64,000 nt of DNA, from NCBI GenBank assembly GCA_037441675.1, contig JBBIRS010000003.1, positions 185,930-249,929 on the forward strand, in the 5' to 3' direction. Made by a program: the position numbers and the translations under genes. The notes beneath the pieces are model-generated. The model had not been told where the DNA came from. It did not search any database and was given only the letters and a program-made list of their open reading frames with translations. Source of the stretch: Planctomycetales bacterium (GTDB lineage: Bacteria; 4484-113). Below are positions 43,011 to 53,729 of this stretch, piece by piece; positions within the stretch are counted from its first letter, which is position 1; every line of letters starts with the position of its first letter.

Positions 43011-44774
43011 TTAGCTTCTAGCTTCAGCCAATCTATCGTCAATTAGGCTCGCGGAAGACCTGGACTTTTCCAGCTGTGCCCTTTTGAGTTCTGAAATTAG
43101 ATTTTCTAAATTTACACGGTGCATCATTGCTGCTGTTTTTAACGTCACGAAAGCGGGAGGACGATGAACTACCGCTAGTTGGATAAGACCAGCTGATATT
43201 AGAGTTTCTCGCGCCCAGGGGTAAGCGTCGAGCAGGTCAACTACTCTGGTTGAAGGTGTAATCTCGCCAGTGAAAGCTTTTACTTTTACCTCAGAGATGG
43301 AGACAACCTTCCAGATGAGGACACTGAAGATTATGATTGCTATTAACTCTAGAACACCTGAGATAGGCATTAAACGGAAGACTATATTGCTACCTGTTAG
43401 TGTTAAAAGTTCAAAACCAACTCTCCACACGTTACCAATCATCAAAAGCCAAATGGAGATTATTTGTAATGTGAAATTAGGTATTTCTGAGCCTGAAAAG
43501 ACAGGTAGTATGCGGTAACCTACGCCAAGTATCATCGCAGTGATAAAACCGACGGTAATAGCGTGGCGGAAAGCGCCGATGTATTCGTGAGGTGGTACTT
43601 CTCCTGTTAACAGGCGATAAATATCGCCACCAACTAGCATCAACCCCGCGATTAAAAAGAACGCAAAGGAGTAGAAAACAAGAGTGCGATAGGAATTGTG
43701 AGTTGCAGGAATCGGCAGTGGTTTGCTAATGCCTTCAAAGATTCTAAGGGCGAAAATCACCAAAAGTCCGCCAAGTAAGATAAAGCTAGAAGCTAGGATG
43801 GCTGGCTCTACGTTTAGAGTTCTTAGAGTAATGCCAAGGTTGTAAAGGATAAATCCGAAGATGAACCACTTTGCATTTAGATTTGGTTTTAAGCCCATTA
43901 AATGCGGAAGTGCGCGGATAGCAACTCCGAAAATCATATTGCCTGAGAGCCCAAAGGCAAGAGCGGTTAGGTAGGCGGAGTTCACCGGTGCGTCAACCGC
44001 GCCAACATGCGTTCTAAGAATTATTCCACTTATGATTAAGTGAAGAATTCCAGCGACTAAAAACCATAGAACGCCTGCTATTAAGAAAAGGTCATACGCT
44101 TCAATCTTGAGTTTTGCTTCACGGTAAACTTGGAAAACTAAAAACGCGTATGCGGAGAGAGCGAACAATTCGAGAACAGCAGTGGCAAAAACAATCTCAG
44201 CGTTAAAGGCAATTTGCGAAAAAGGACGGGAGAAAGCTTGAGCTACTAGGCTAACTACCATAACGGGAAGAATTATGTAGAGAGCCTGGGTATAGCGGAA
44301 TTTTACGTTCTTGAAGCGTGGCAGGATAAATGCTAGTATACCCATAATCATTAAACCGACCCAACCGAAGAATTGGGCGTGGCCGTGTGCCTGAATGGCG
44401 GAGTAGGAGGGGCCGCTGTAATCTTTCTGAATACCGATTAAGATTAGATTGTAGAGGCCGAAAGCTACTCCAAGAAAAATTCCGATAATAATTGCGGATT
44501 TAACAAAGGGAACAAAGTACCTTGTATCCTCTGGCTCCACGGGAGCATCTTTAATGTAGTTTTCTGGGTGCTGAATTGCATCCTTCAGCTTGGAGATAAG
44601 CGTTTCGAGGGGGACGCGGTGTGCCTCCGCAAAGAGCCAGAGTGGCTCATTTGGGCCAAGCGGACCTCCACATCCCCCCATACCTAAGCTTTCAAAAACC
44701 TGCGCACATTGAGGGTATTTCTCGTTAATTTCTCTTACGGTTGTATCTCGTGTTATTTCAAAATTCTCAGACAT
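43011..44774 (-). CDS. NnrS-like / heme-copper-oxidase-fold membrane protein flanked by DUF1858-like domains
   Basis: AHGHAQFFGW, RHAITVGF....GV.YRILP.F; terminal domains IT.DTTV.EI...YP...VF...G...L..AA..H.V. Confidence 0.7.
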   Translation of the reverse strand: MSENFEITRDTTVREINEKYPQCAQVFESLGMGGCGGPLGPNEPLWLFAEAHRVPLETLISKLKDAIQHPENYIKDAPVEPEDTRYFVPFVKSAIIIGIFLGVAFGLYNLILIGIQKDYSGPSYSAIQAHGHAQFFGWVGLMIMGILAFILPRFKNVKFRYTQALYIILPVMVVSLVAQAFSRPFSQIAFNAEIVFATAVLELFALSAYAFLVFQVYREAKLKIEAYDLFLIAGVLWFLVAGILHLIISGIILRTHVGAVDAPVNSAYLTALAFGLSGNMIFGVAIRALPHLMGLKPNLNAKWFIFGFILYNLGITLRTLNVEPAILASSFILLGGLLVIFALRIFEGISKPLPIPATHNSYRTLVFYSFAFFLIAGLMLVGGDIYRLLTGEVPPHEYIGAFRHAITVGFITAMILGVGYRILPVFSGSEIPNFTLQIISIWLLMIGNVWRVGFELLTLTGSNIVFRLMPISGVLELIAIIIFSVLIWKVVSISEVKVKAFTGEITPSTRVVDLLDAYPWARETLISAGLIQLAVVHRPPAFVTLKTAAMMHRVNLENLISELKRAQLEKSRSSASLIDDRLAEARS

Positions 44775-44859
44775 AGATAGTCCTTTATTTTCGTAATTTG
44801 TGACTACTCGGTTGTTATCCGAGTTTATTTATATATTTACACTTGATAACACTGTTAAC

Positions 44860-44875
44860 AATGACTTATATCACA
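44860..44875 (-). promoter_or_regulatory. Crp/Fnr-family box upstream of the NnrS-like gene
   Basis: TGTGA-TATAAG-TCATT on the minus strand; nearly the same spacer as the box at 37696. Confidence 0.5.
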
Positions 44876-45170
44876 CTATTTACATAGCTTTATCCGCTTG
44901 AAATCAAGAAGAATAAGAGTATTGTTCTCAGGCTTGCTGTGGCTATTTACCTAGACATAATGAAGGTACGCTTTTATAATTAAAGGCAATAAGAGTGTAG
45001 TAAAGGCAGGCTTCAAAACGGGTAGGATAGAGCTTGGAGGGAAAATGTTTCTTTCTTGACAAAATGGAATGTATAATTGCGTGAGTAAAGATACGTTAAA
45101 TATTACGAAAATCGGAAAAGGCTACATTCACAGGCGATATGCGGTCGGCTAAAATGATAGAATACTTCTT

Positions 45171-46298
45171 GTGGTCAGGCTTCTTGATTCTCCGACTGTT
45201 CTTCCTTTAGTTTTACTTTTCTTACTTTTCCTTGAAAGCTGTCAAACTAGGGAATTGATGCTATCTGGGATTGTTCGTGTTAGGGACTATAAGCTTTCCA
45301 GTAGAATTGGGGGAACTGTTAAAGAGATTCTGGTTGGAGAGGGAGTGGAGGTAAAGAAGAGTGAAGTTTTAGTTAGGTTCGATGATAGTAAACTGCAGGC
45401 TCAGATGAAGATTTTGGAGCAAGAATTGGCACAAGCGGAGGCTCAGCACAAGAGGCTCTTGGAAGGTGCAACGAAGGAGGAGATTGACCGAGCGAAGGCA
45501 GAGTTAGATATTGCGGAGGCTCAGTATAAGAAGGCACTTTCCGGTTTTAGAAGCGAAGATATCAGTGCTGCGAGGGAGCAGGTGAACGCTCTTTCAGCGA
45601 AGTTCAAAGTTGCCGAGCGTGAGGCGGAAAGGGCAAACCGTCTATTCAACGAGGGTGTCATTAGCGAATCTGAGTATGAGCGGGCTCTCGCAGAACGGGA
45701 CGCAATCTCAGCGGAACTTAAGGCACTAAAAGATAATCTTGAGAAGTTAACAGTAGGCCTTCAAACGGAAGACATTGAAGCAGCTGAAGCGGGCGTGCAG
45801 GCTAGAAGGGCTGTTCTGAAGAATCTGCTAAAAGGAGCAACCAAAAACGATATCTCCGTTTCAGAGGCGAGGGTTAAACAGGTTAAGGCGGAGATTGCGA
45901 GGTTAGAGCTTGATATTGCGGATTGCACGGTTTTATCACCTGTAGATGGAACCACAGAGAATATTCATGTTGAGGTAGGTGAAATCGCTCAACCGGGTAC
46001 TCCGGTTGTTACCATTATTGGGACAGGGGATATGTGGATTGAGGCTTACATTCCCGAGTCGTATTTAAGCAGGATTAGTATTGGGGACAAGCTGAAAGTT
46101 GTAGCGGATACGAATCCCGATGCGCCTTTTGATGCTGAGGTGACTTTTATTAGTAGAGAGGAGGAGTTTACGCCACGCAATATATTCACGCCCGAGCAAA
46201 GGATTAATCAAGTTTATCTGATTAAGCTAAAGCCAATAAATCCAACTTTTCCACTGCGTGGAGGTGTGAACGTTACGGTCAAGGTTTCAGTTGTATGA
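45171..46298 (+). CDS. HlyD-family efflux periplasmic adaptor
   Basis: Lipoyl-like halves SRIGG.V..I.V.EG and SPVDG, long coiled coil, EFTPRNI.T...R. Confidence 0.9.
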   Translation: MVRLLDSPTVLPLVLLFLLFLESCQTRELMLSGIVRVRDYKLSSRIGGTVKEILVGEGVEVKKSEVLVRFDDSKLQAQMKILEQELAQAEAQHKRLLEGATKEEIDRAKAELDIAEAQYKKALSGFRSEDISAAREQVNALSAKFKVAEREAERANRLFNEGVISESEYERALAERDAISAELKALKDNLEKLTVGLQTEDIEAAEAGVQARRAVLKNLLKGATKNDISVSEARVKQVKAEIARLELDIADCTVLSPVDGTTENIHVEVGEIAQPGTPVVTIIGTGDMWIEAYIPESYLSRISIGDKLKVVADTNPDAPFDAEVTFISREEEFTPRNIFTPEQRINQVYLIKLKPINPTFPLRGGVNVTVKVSVV

Positions 46299-47251
46299 CT
46301 TCAAGCCCCACAATAGTTTCTGAAAGAATAACCAAGAATTTCGGTGAGATTAAAGCGCTCACAGATGTGAGCTTGACAGTTTTCCGTGGCGAGATTTTCG
46401 GCTTTCTTGGACCAAACGGCAGTGGAAAATCCACGCTAATTAGGATTTTATGCGGGACCCTAGCTCCAACCAGCGGAAAGGCGCAAGTTCTTGGCTATGA
46501 CTCAACAACCCAATCAGAACTTGTGAAGCAAAATATCGGCTATGTTCCACAGAAATTTAGCCTTTATCAAGATTTAACTGTGCGAGAAAATTTGGAGTTT
46601 TTCGGTAGTCTTTACGGTTTGAGGGGAGCTGAGTTCCGCACAAGGATTGAGAGAATAAGTGAATGGCTAGGGATGCACCCTTACCTTCGTCAGCTCACAG
46701 GAACTCTATCCGGTGGCTGGAAAATGCGGGTTTCACTAGCTTGTGGCCTTCTCCACGACCCTTTAGTTTTGTTTCTGGATGAACCTACCGCTGGCATTGA
46801 TCCAGTTGCTAGGGCAGAGCTTTGGGAAGTTCTATTTCAACTTTCCGAACAGGGCAAGACCTTATTCATTACCACACATTATATGGATGAGGCAGAAAGA
46901 TGCGGTCGCCTTGGCTACATTTATATGTCCCACCTTCTGGGAATTGGCACTGCTGAGGAGCTAAAGCAACTGCCTGATATTACTCCATCCGGAGCCTGCT
47001 GGATGGATTTTGCTTTACCCGCCGCGAGCACCAAACTCTCGGAGGTTCGCGAGATAGAAGGAGTATTCTCGGCGACAGTTTATGGTAACAACTTCCACCT
47101 TCTTGTCCGGGAAGGGCTTGACGCTGAGAGAGTTTCAAGTTTAATCTTTGAGAAGCTGGGCGTTACCGTTAAAGTTATCCCCTCAGAGCCAACGGTTGAA
47201 GACGTATTTATAGCTCTTGCAAAAGCGAAGGGAGTTGTGGAAGTTGCTTAG
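46295..47251 (+). CDS. ABC transporter ATP-binding protein
   Basis: Walker A GPNGSGKS, LSGG, LDEPTAG and TTHYMDEAE motifs. Confidence 0.95.
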   Translation: MTSSPTIVSERITKNFGEIKALTDVSLTVFRGEIFGFLGPNGSGKSTLIRILCGTLAPTSGKAQVLGYDSTTQSELVKQNIGYVPQKFSLYQDLTVRENLEFFGSLYGLRGAEFRTRIERISEWLGMHPYLRQLTGTLSGGWKMRVSLACGLLHDPLVLFLDEPTAGIDPVARAELWEVLFQLSEQGKTLFITTHYMDEAERCGRLGYIYMSHLLGIGTAEELKQLPDITPSGACWMDFALPAASTKLSEVREIEGVFSATVYGNNFHLLVREGLDAERVSSLIFEKLGVTVKVIPSEPTVEDVFIALAKAKGVVEVA

Positions 47252-48359
47252 GGGATTTTGGGCTATGGTCGTAAAGGAGTTTCGCCAGATTCGCCGAGAC
47301 CGCGTCACGATGATTTTCGCTATTCTTATACCCACCATCCAGCTAACAATTTTTGGATATGCTATACGCACTGATGTTGTGAACGTAAGAACAGTACTTG
47401 TAGATATGTCCCATAGTGAGGCGAGTAGAAAACTCGTAAGCTCCCTGAACAACACTGGAGTTTTCAAACTTATCGGCTACTCGCTTTCCTATAAAGAGGC
47501 GTATGAGATGATATCGAATGGTTTTGTGAAGGTTGCGGTTATTATTCCTCCTGACTTCACAGAAAACCCAAAGCCTGGTGAAGCTTCTTGCTTTCAAGTG
47601 TTAATTGATGGAAGTGATTCAACAACCGCAAACTATGTAATGAGCACGATTGAAGGGGTGGCGTCATCCTTTTCCGCGAAGAATTTAGATAATATAGATA
47701 GCACTTTAGTAGCCCCAAGAGTAGTAGCAAAGCCGAGAATGCTTTTTAATCCTGAGCTCAAGTCCAGCACTTTTTTCGTTCCCGCTCTGATTGTGATTAT
47801 TTTGCATATGCCTCTCATAATGCTTACCTCGCTCTCCATCGTTCGCGAGCGGGCGGAGGGAACCTTAGAGCAGTTAATAGTTACCCCAATAACTCCTCTT
47901 GCGCTTATGCTGGGAAAGCTCACGCCTTTTTTTGTGATAGGTATACTTTCGGGTGCGGTTATTTTGACCGCTATGATTCTAATTTTTAAGGTTCCAATAA
48001 TGGGGAATGCGATTATTCTTCAATTGTTTCTGATACTCTGGATAATCACTTCTCTGGCGATGGGACTCCTCTTTTCAACTGTGGCGAAGAATCAAATTCA
48101 GGCTGTTTTAATGACCATTCTTACAGTTGTTCCTTCAATTCTGCTTTCGGGCTTTATGTTTCCACGTGAAAGTATGCCAGCTCTGATTTATTGGATTACC
48201 TTTCTTCTGCCAATGACTTATGCAGTAAGCGTCGTGCGCGGATTGGTTATTAGGGGAGCAAGTCTTTCTGCTGTGGCACCTAACATTATTATTCTTGCTT
48301 TCTTGTGCATTTTTTTAATTACCTTTGCAACACTCCGCTTTCAAAAGAGACTAGGGTGA
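47217..48359 (+). CDS. ABC-2 type permease (YbhR/S-like)
   Basis: KEFRQIRRD, DGSDS, SIVRER..GTLEQL.VTP and LSGFMFP.ESMP motifs; start likely GTG near 47238. Confidence 0.92.
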   Translation: MQKRRELWKLLRGFWAMVVKEFRQIRRDRVTMIFAILIPTIQLTIFGYAIRTDVVNVRTVLVDMSHSEASRKLVSSLNNTGVFKLIGYSLSYKEAYEMISNGFVKVAVIIPPDFTENPKPGEASCFQVLIDGSDSTTANYVMSTIEGVASSFSAKNLDNIDSTLVAPRVVAKPRMLFNPELKSSTFFVPALIVIILHMPLIMLTSLSIVRERAEGTLEQLIVTPITPLALMLGKLTPFFVIGILSGAVILTAMILIFKVPIMGNAIILQLFLILWIITSLAMGLLFSTVAKNQIQAVLMTILTVVPSILLSGFMFPRESMPALIYWITFLLPMTYAVSVVRGLVIRGASLSAVAPNIIILAFLCIFLITFATLRFQKRLG

Positions 48360-48468
48360 TTCAAAGTAGATGACGTTTTTTCCAGCTTCTCAGCTTGGGC
48401 TAATCCATAGAATGGGTAGGTAACAGTAAAAGCCACCAATTGCTAGTCTTGGTGGTAGAATTTTAGAT

Positions 48469-48969
48469 ATGTTAAGGACTTGGCACTTTGCGTTGGTGTT
48501 AACTTCTTTCATACTATTCTCATCCTGCTTAAGCGGTTCAAGGTCTCCTACGATTAGTGGAACTGATACCTCAATTAGGGAGAGAGCTTTAAGAAGTAAG
48601 ATTTCCGCTCTTGAGCTTGCTATTGAGGGTGAAGACTCGCTTATGTTAAGCGAAATTTTCAGCAATGTTTTTACAGTGGATGCTAGTATTGCTCCCAGAT
48701 TTGTCGCCGGCTCCACGGGCGGAGACCCCAGCACATTTTTTATCACTTTTTTTCAGAACAATGAGAATATATCTTTTAGCTTAGAAGTTCAGAGTGTTGA
48801 AATAACCGGAGAGGTTGGAGTTGTTGAATGCGAGTTCTCACTATCCTCCGTTTATATTCTTGATGTTCCACCAACCACGAATGAGGCAAGGGCGGAAGAT
48901 ATACTTGTCTTCCAGGTGGAGGGTGATGAGTGGAAGCTCGTTTCTTGGAAGGAGAAATCCACCGCCTAA
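48469..48969 (+). CDS. Hypothetical lipoprotein, possible NTF2-like fold
   Basis: Lipobox-like FSSC; C-terminal F..EG.EWKL pattern. Confidence 0.55.
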   Translation: MLRTWHFALVLTSFILFSSCLSGSRSPTISGTDTSIRERALRSKISALELAIEGEDSLMLSEIFSNVFTVDASIAPRFVAGSTGGDPSTFFITFFQNNENISFSLEVQSVEITGEVGVVECEFSLSSVYILDVPPTTNEARAEDILVFQVEGDEWKLVSWKEKSTA

Positions 48970-49016
48970 TGAATGCTATGAAATTTCATTGTCCTTTGAC
49001 TTCGAAGTTACTTAGT

Positions 49017-49262
49017 TTAACGAGGGGATAAAGCTCTTATTATTCCACCAAGAAGTTTATCAATCTTGTTAATAATTAGGTAAACTGCAACTAATATAAG
49101 GATACAACCAAGAAGAGTGCCAAGGAATTTTTCCCTTCTTGCCTCCTTGTCATAGCTTCCCTCACCTCTAAGAATTGCCTGAATTGAGTTAAAGAGAGTG
49201 CCTATGCCGAAAAAAAGAATAAGTAGATAAAAGGCTAGAAGAATAATGGAAAAGTAAGGCAT
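49017..49262 (-). CDS. Small membrane protein (2 TM)
   Basis: Two hydrophobic segments; fills an intergenic gap. Confidence 0.55.
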   Translation of the reverse strand: MPYFSIILLAFYLLILFFGIGTLFNSIQAILRGEGSYDKEARREKFLGTLLGCILILVAVYLIINKIDKLLGGIIRALSPR

Positions 49263-49423
49263 TTCTTAATCTGTGTAGTTCTTAAGTGGTTTTTTATTCT
49301 TACAACGGGTAAAAACAGATGCAAGGCAAGCAATAAATAGAAAACTTTCAGGGTTAGCCAAGCAATTAGTGAGGATCTTATATTTGCTTACAAAGGCAAC
49401 AATAGTCGAAATTAACGTAAGAA

Positions 49424-51355
49424 CTAAGAAGACATTTTAGCCAATCCAAGCCTACCCCCCCATTTTAGAATCTTCAGTTCTCTAGATGTAGCTTCAAGGT
49501 TTACGACAAAGTTAAAGCCTTTCGTGATGTTGGTGATAGTAGCAGTCTTAGCGCCATTTAGAAGGATTTCAGTGGCAAGGTGTATTAAATCACCTTGTTC
49601 AATTCGCTCATAATCCTCTTCTTTGTTAAAAGTTAAGGGGATGATACCCCAATTGATTAGGTTAGCCCGATGGATGCGAGCGATACTTTTGGCAATTACC
49701 GCTTTTATGCCTAAGTACATTGGCGCAATGGCTGCGTGTTCCCTACTAGAACCTTGCCCGTAATTCATCCCTCCAACTACTACTCCACCTCCCTTCACCT
49801 TTGCGCGTTTAGAAAACTCTGGGTCGATTCGGTGGAAAACAAACTCGGATAGTTTTGGAATGTTGCTTCTAAAAACTAAAATTTCAGCGCCAGCGGGCAT
49901 AATGTGATCGGTAGTTATATCGTCACCAACCTTAATCAGAACCTCCGCACGGATCTCTTCATCAATTTTGGTTCTTGCTTTGACCGGAACGATATTGTCA
50001 CTGCGGAAAACGCTTAACGATTTGGCTTCCTCGGTGCTTGCGGGTGGAATAAGCAGATGATTGTCTTGGGAGAATTTTCTGGGAAGCAACTCGCCTGGGA
50101 AATCTGTCCATAACTTTCTTGGGTCAGTCAAAACTCCCGTGATAGCGGTGACAGCGGCAACTGCTGTGCTGGAAAGATAAACGCTATCATCCGACTGTCC
50201 ACTTCTTCCCTTGAAATTTCTATTAATAACCCGAAGGGAGTTCGTTCCCTTCGCGGGAACATGCGAGATGCCAATACAGGCACCGCAAGTTGGCTCGCTG
50301 ATGGTAATTCCCGCACTAATTAACTCATCAATCGAACCGTCTTCCGCCAAGAGTTGCAAATCCTTTCTACTACTTGCCTGAACGAAGAAATGCACGCCGG
50401 GCGCTACTCTCTTCCCTTTCATCAATTCTGCAAGAAGTTTCAGGTCAGTGTAGGAACCATTAGTACAGCTTCCTACCATAATCTGATGAATTGGCGTTCC
50501 TTCTACTTCACTAATTGAAACAATGTTGCCTGGAAGTGATGGCTTGGCTACAAGAATGTCGATTTCGGATAGGTTTAGTTCCATTTCTTCGTCATACTCC
50601 GCATCCCTATCCGGGGTTAACTCTATCCAGTCATTCTCTCTTCCAATAAGGGTGAAATAATCTCTTGTGATTTCGTCACTTGGGAAAATTGAGGTCGTAG
50701 CGCCAAGTTCAGTCCCCATATTGGTAATGGTTACACGCTGTTGAACGTTGAGGGATGTTACTCCGTTTCCGACGTATTCATATACTTTGCCATACCCACC
50801 TCTGACTGTAATGCGCCTGAGCATTTCAAGGATAACGTCTTTCGCAGTTACAAATGGCTTTAGTTCTCCTGTTACATTAACTTTAACAACCTTGGGCATT
50901 TTAAGATAGTAGGCGCCACCACCTGCAGCAACAGCAACATCAAGTCCTCCAGCCCCGATGGCTACCATTCCTATCCCTCCACAGTGGGGAGTATGCGAAT
51001 CGGCGCCAAGAGCAGTCTTTCCCGGCTTTGCAAAGTGCTCCTGGTGAATTTGATGTCCAATTCCAGCACCCGGCATAGCAAAGTAAAAGCCGTACTTTTT
51101 CGCTGCGGAGGAAAGATAAACGTGGTCCTCCGTGTCCCTTGAATCAAACTGAAGGACTTTATGGTCGGCGTAAACGCAAGCTACTTCACAGGCAATTCTT
51201 TCCAGTTCCATTGCCTCAAAGTTGAGCATTACAACTGTCCCTGTAATATCTTGCACCAGCACCTGGTCAATCTTTATTCCAACTTCTTCTCCGAGTGTCA
51301 TTTCTCCATCAACCAGATGCTCCTGAATTATCTTTCTGAATACTGATAGTCCCAT
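49424..51355 (-). CDS. Aconitate hydratase (short type, about 640 aa)
   Basis: QDITGT, DH, GIGHQ, GADSHT, GSCTN, CGACIG, NRNF.GR, DDITTDHI and NYGQGSSREHAA motifs. Confidence 0.93.
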   Translation of the reverse strand: MGLSVFRKIIQEHLVDGEMTLGEEVGIKIDQVLVQDITGTVVMLNFEAMELERIACEVACVYADHKVLQFDSRDTEDHVYLSSAAKKYGFYFAMPGAGIGHQIHQEHFAKPGKTALGADSHTPHCGGIGMVAIGAGGLDVAVAAGGGAYYLKMPKVVKVNVTGELKPFVTAKDVILEMLRRITVRGGYGKVYEYVGNGVTSLNVQQRVTITNMGTELGATTSIFPSDEITRDYFTLIGRENDWIELTPDRDAEYDEEMELNLSEIDILVAKPSLPGNIVSISEVEGTPIHQIMVGSCTNGSYTDLKLLAELMKGKRVAPGVHFFVQASSRKDLQLLAEDGSIDELISAGITISEPTCGACIGISHVPAKGTNSLRVINRNFKGRSGQSDDSVYLSSTAVAAVTAITGVLTDPRKLWTDFPGELLPRKFSQDNHLLIPPASTEEAKSLSVFRSDNIVPVKARTKIDEEIRAEVLIKVGDDITTDHIMPAGAEILVFRSNIPKLSEFVFHRIDPEFSKRAKVKGGGVVVGGMNYGQGSSREHAAIAPMYLGIKAVIAKSIARIHRANLINWGIIPLTFNKEEDYERIEQGDLIHLATEILLNGAKTATITNITKGFNFVVNLEATSRELKILKWGGRLGLAKMSS

Positions 51356-51405
51356 AGGAGTTTAATATACACTCCAAAGATAATTTGTCGCAGAAATATT
51401 TTAGA

Positions 51406-52096
51406 TTAAATTAAATAAATTCGTTTTTCGTATTTATAGATGAAGACTTCTTTTCCTTTCTGGTTTAATTCTTCCGTGATATCCGCAGGGTATGCAGGGG
51501 ACTTTCCTTCGTGAGAATGAGAAGAAAATGCGAACGTTAGGACAATTACAGTCACAAGTAAAATTAGCCACTCTTGTTCGTACATTAGTTTAATAAAAAC
51601 CTTTGGGTCTAAGAAGTAAGGTAAAAGCCCAGGCAAGATGATAATTGCGAAAGCTATGTAAAGTGGGAAGAGTGGGACAACAAGCATTGCGGTGTTAAAC
51701 CCGCACTGAGAACAAAGAATTGGACTGCGCATTCCAAGTGATAGTTTGAATCTCTTTCCAGCTAGTTCTTTTGGTAGTTTTAGGCTTCCCAAAAGCCAAT
51801 TTCCACAGGGAGGAAGTAGCTATTCATAACCGCAAAAATTACATAACAGCCTATATCTTATACTGACCATAAAAGGGTAAGTCACAAGTAACGCTAGCCC
51901 AATGCCAATTAAGGGAAGAAGGAAAGGTAATGTTTCTAGGAATAGTTTGTTTTGAAGGAGCGGGTTTTCGTGCCAAGGAACGCTGAATAGAAAAACATAG
52001 ATAGGCTAGAAAACTGAGAAGGGAATAATCAAAGATGGTAGGACAAAGCTTAAGGGATTGACCTTGATACCAAGGGTAGGCACTGGACTTCACCAC
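51406..52096 (-). pseudogene. Possible decayed membrane protein with CxxC pairs
   Basis: Two short hydrophobic ORF pieces on the same strand; CNFCGY just upstream and CSQCGF within 51406..51792. Confidence 0.3.
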
Positions 52097-52228
52097 TTTG
52101 GAAAGAGTAGCTTTTCATCATCTCGTAAGTCTTCTGTGCTCACCAGTAAATTTTTCCAATTCTACTTAAAGGAGTACGGCAATAAAAAGGGTTTAATTTA
52201 GCTTTCTAAATTCATTACCTGCTAAAAT

Positions 52229-53056
52229 TTGCCAGTGTCACTTTTTCTCTCTAGTTTAATTCTTTTTGTTTTTGGGCTTGCTTTTGGAAGTTTTTTTAAT
52301 GTTCTTATTTATCGCTTGCCCAGAGACTTGTCAATAGTGAAACCTGGTAGTTTTTGCCCTTCATGCGAAAAGCCAATCAAATGGTATGACAACATCCCAA
52401 TTCTTTCTTATTGCCTTCTTCGCGGAAAGTGCAGAAATTGTGGGGCAAAAATTTCGTTGAAGTATCCCCTTGTTGAGTTAGCGGGTGGGATTATCTTTGC
52501 GGGAACTCCTATATTAGCAAAGCTTACTGGCTTTTCTCGCGTGCCAGGTGAAGAAGTTACCTCACCGCACATTGCAGTTGCTATTATTTTCCTTAGCATT
52601 CTCTTTTTAACCCTTATGATTGATCTTGAGTGGCAAATAATCCCAGACCAACTTAACATCGCACTCTTTATCCTAGCGTTAATCTCAGTCTTTTTGTTAA
52701 AACCAAGTTTTTCGCCTAGCTATGTATCTTCTTTGATTGGTATGTTTGTTTTGGCTGGCTTCTTTTTCCTCCTCGCAGTCCTAATTGGGGGGATGGGAAT
52801 GGGAGATGTAAAGATGGCAGTTGGTCTAGGATTTCTTTTTGGATGGCAGATGACGCTTGTGATAGCATTTCTGTCCTTTCTTATTGGTGGTATCTATGCC
52901 ATTTTTCTTTTGCTCCGCCTAATTATTGTCAGGAAATACAAACCAAGGATTGCCATAGCATTCGGTCCTTACCTGGCAATTGCATCCGCAATTACCCTAT
53001 TTGCAGGTGAGAAATTGTTGAATTGGTACCTTGGCTTTTTTAAGACAGCAGGTTAA
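52229..53056 (+). CDS. pilD: Prepilin peptidase / N-methyltransferase (A24A)
   Basis: GSFFNVLIYRLP, CPSC...NIP..S...LRGKCRNC, ID...IIPD, GMGDVK and FGPYL motifs. Confidence 0.94.
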   Translation: MPVSLFLSSLILFVFGLAFGSFFNVLIYRLPRDLSIVKPGSFCPSCEKPIKWYDNIPILSYCLLRGKCRNCGAKISLKYPLVELAGGIIFAGTPILAKLTGFSRVPGEEVTSPHIAVAIIFLSILFLTLMIDLEWQIIPDQLNIALFILALISVFLLKPSFSPSYVSSLIGMFVLAGFFFLLAVLIGGMGMGDVKMAVGLGFLFGWQMTLVIAFLSFLIGGIYAIFLLLRLIIVRKYKPRIAIAFGPYLAIASAITLFAGEKLLNWYLGFFKTAG

Positions 53057-53274
53057 TATATTTGCCTGAAACTGAGCGTTTTAAGGGATGAAAATATAAT
53101 ATGTATTTCTTAGCAAATTATTTGAAAGCTTGAAGACTGATATTTTTTAGAAGCCGAAAAGCTCATTTGGAATTTTGTTGAAAAGTTAATTTCTATTTCA
53201 GGCTTGAATTTTCTCGCAATTGCGTTAATATATTTGGCTCGCGTATAATAATACTTTTGGTATAGAAAAGATAA

Positions 53275-53724
53275 ATGCAGAAAACACCATACTTTACAAA
53301 AGCCAGGGTTACAAGAGAATGGTACCTCCTTGATGCGGAGGGGCAGATACTTGGGCGTTTTTGTTCGCAAATCGCTAAGCTACTTCTTGGTAAACACAAG
53401 CCAACATACACTCCCGGTCAGGACACAGGTGCATTTGTTGTTGTCATAAACGCTGACAAAATCACGGTTAAGAGCGGTAAGGAGAATAAGAAGATATACT
53501 ACCGTCATAGTGGATATCCCGGCGGGCTTAAGGCTCAGACCTTGAAGGAGAAGCTCTTAAAAAGTCCTAGCAAAGTTATTGTGGATAGCGTTAAGGGAAT
53601 GTTGCCTAATAACAAGTTGAGAGATAGGTTGATTACTAAGCTCAAGGTTTACGCGGGGTCGCACCACCCCCATAGCGCCCAAATGCCCAAACCACTTTCA
53701 TCGGAAGAATTGTTTAAGGTTTAA
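53275..53724 (+). CDS. rplM: 50S ribosomal protein L13
   Basis: W..LDA....LGR, GKHKPTYTP..DTG, YYRHSGYPGGLK and HPH.AQ.P motifs. Confidence 0.98.
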   Translation: MQKTPYFTKARVTREWYLLDAEGQILGRFCSQIAKLLLGKHKPTYTPGQDTGAFVVVINADKITVKSGKENKKIYYRHSGYPGGLKAQTLKEKLLKSPSKVIVDSVKGMLPNNKLRDRLITKLKVYAGSHHPHSAQMPKPLSSEELFKV

Positions 53725-53729
53725 GAATT

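Noticed and set aside
43189..43202. 14-nt identity (CCAGCTGATATTAG) between the putative guide region 58438-58451 and the NnrS-like gene
   Set aside because: It covers guide positions 10-23 only; the PAM-proximal seed does not match, so chance is the simplest explanation
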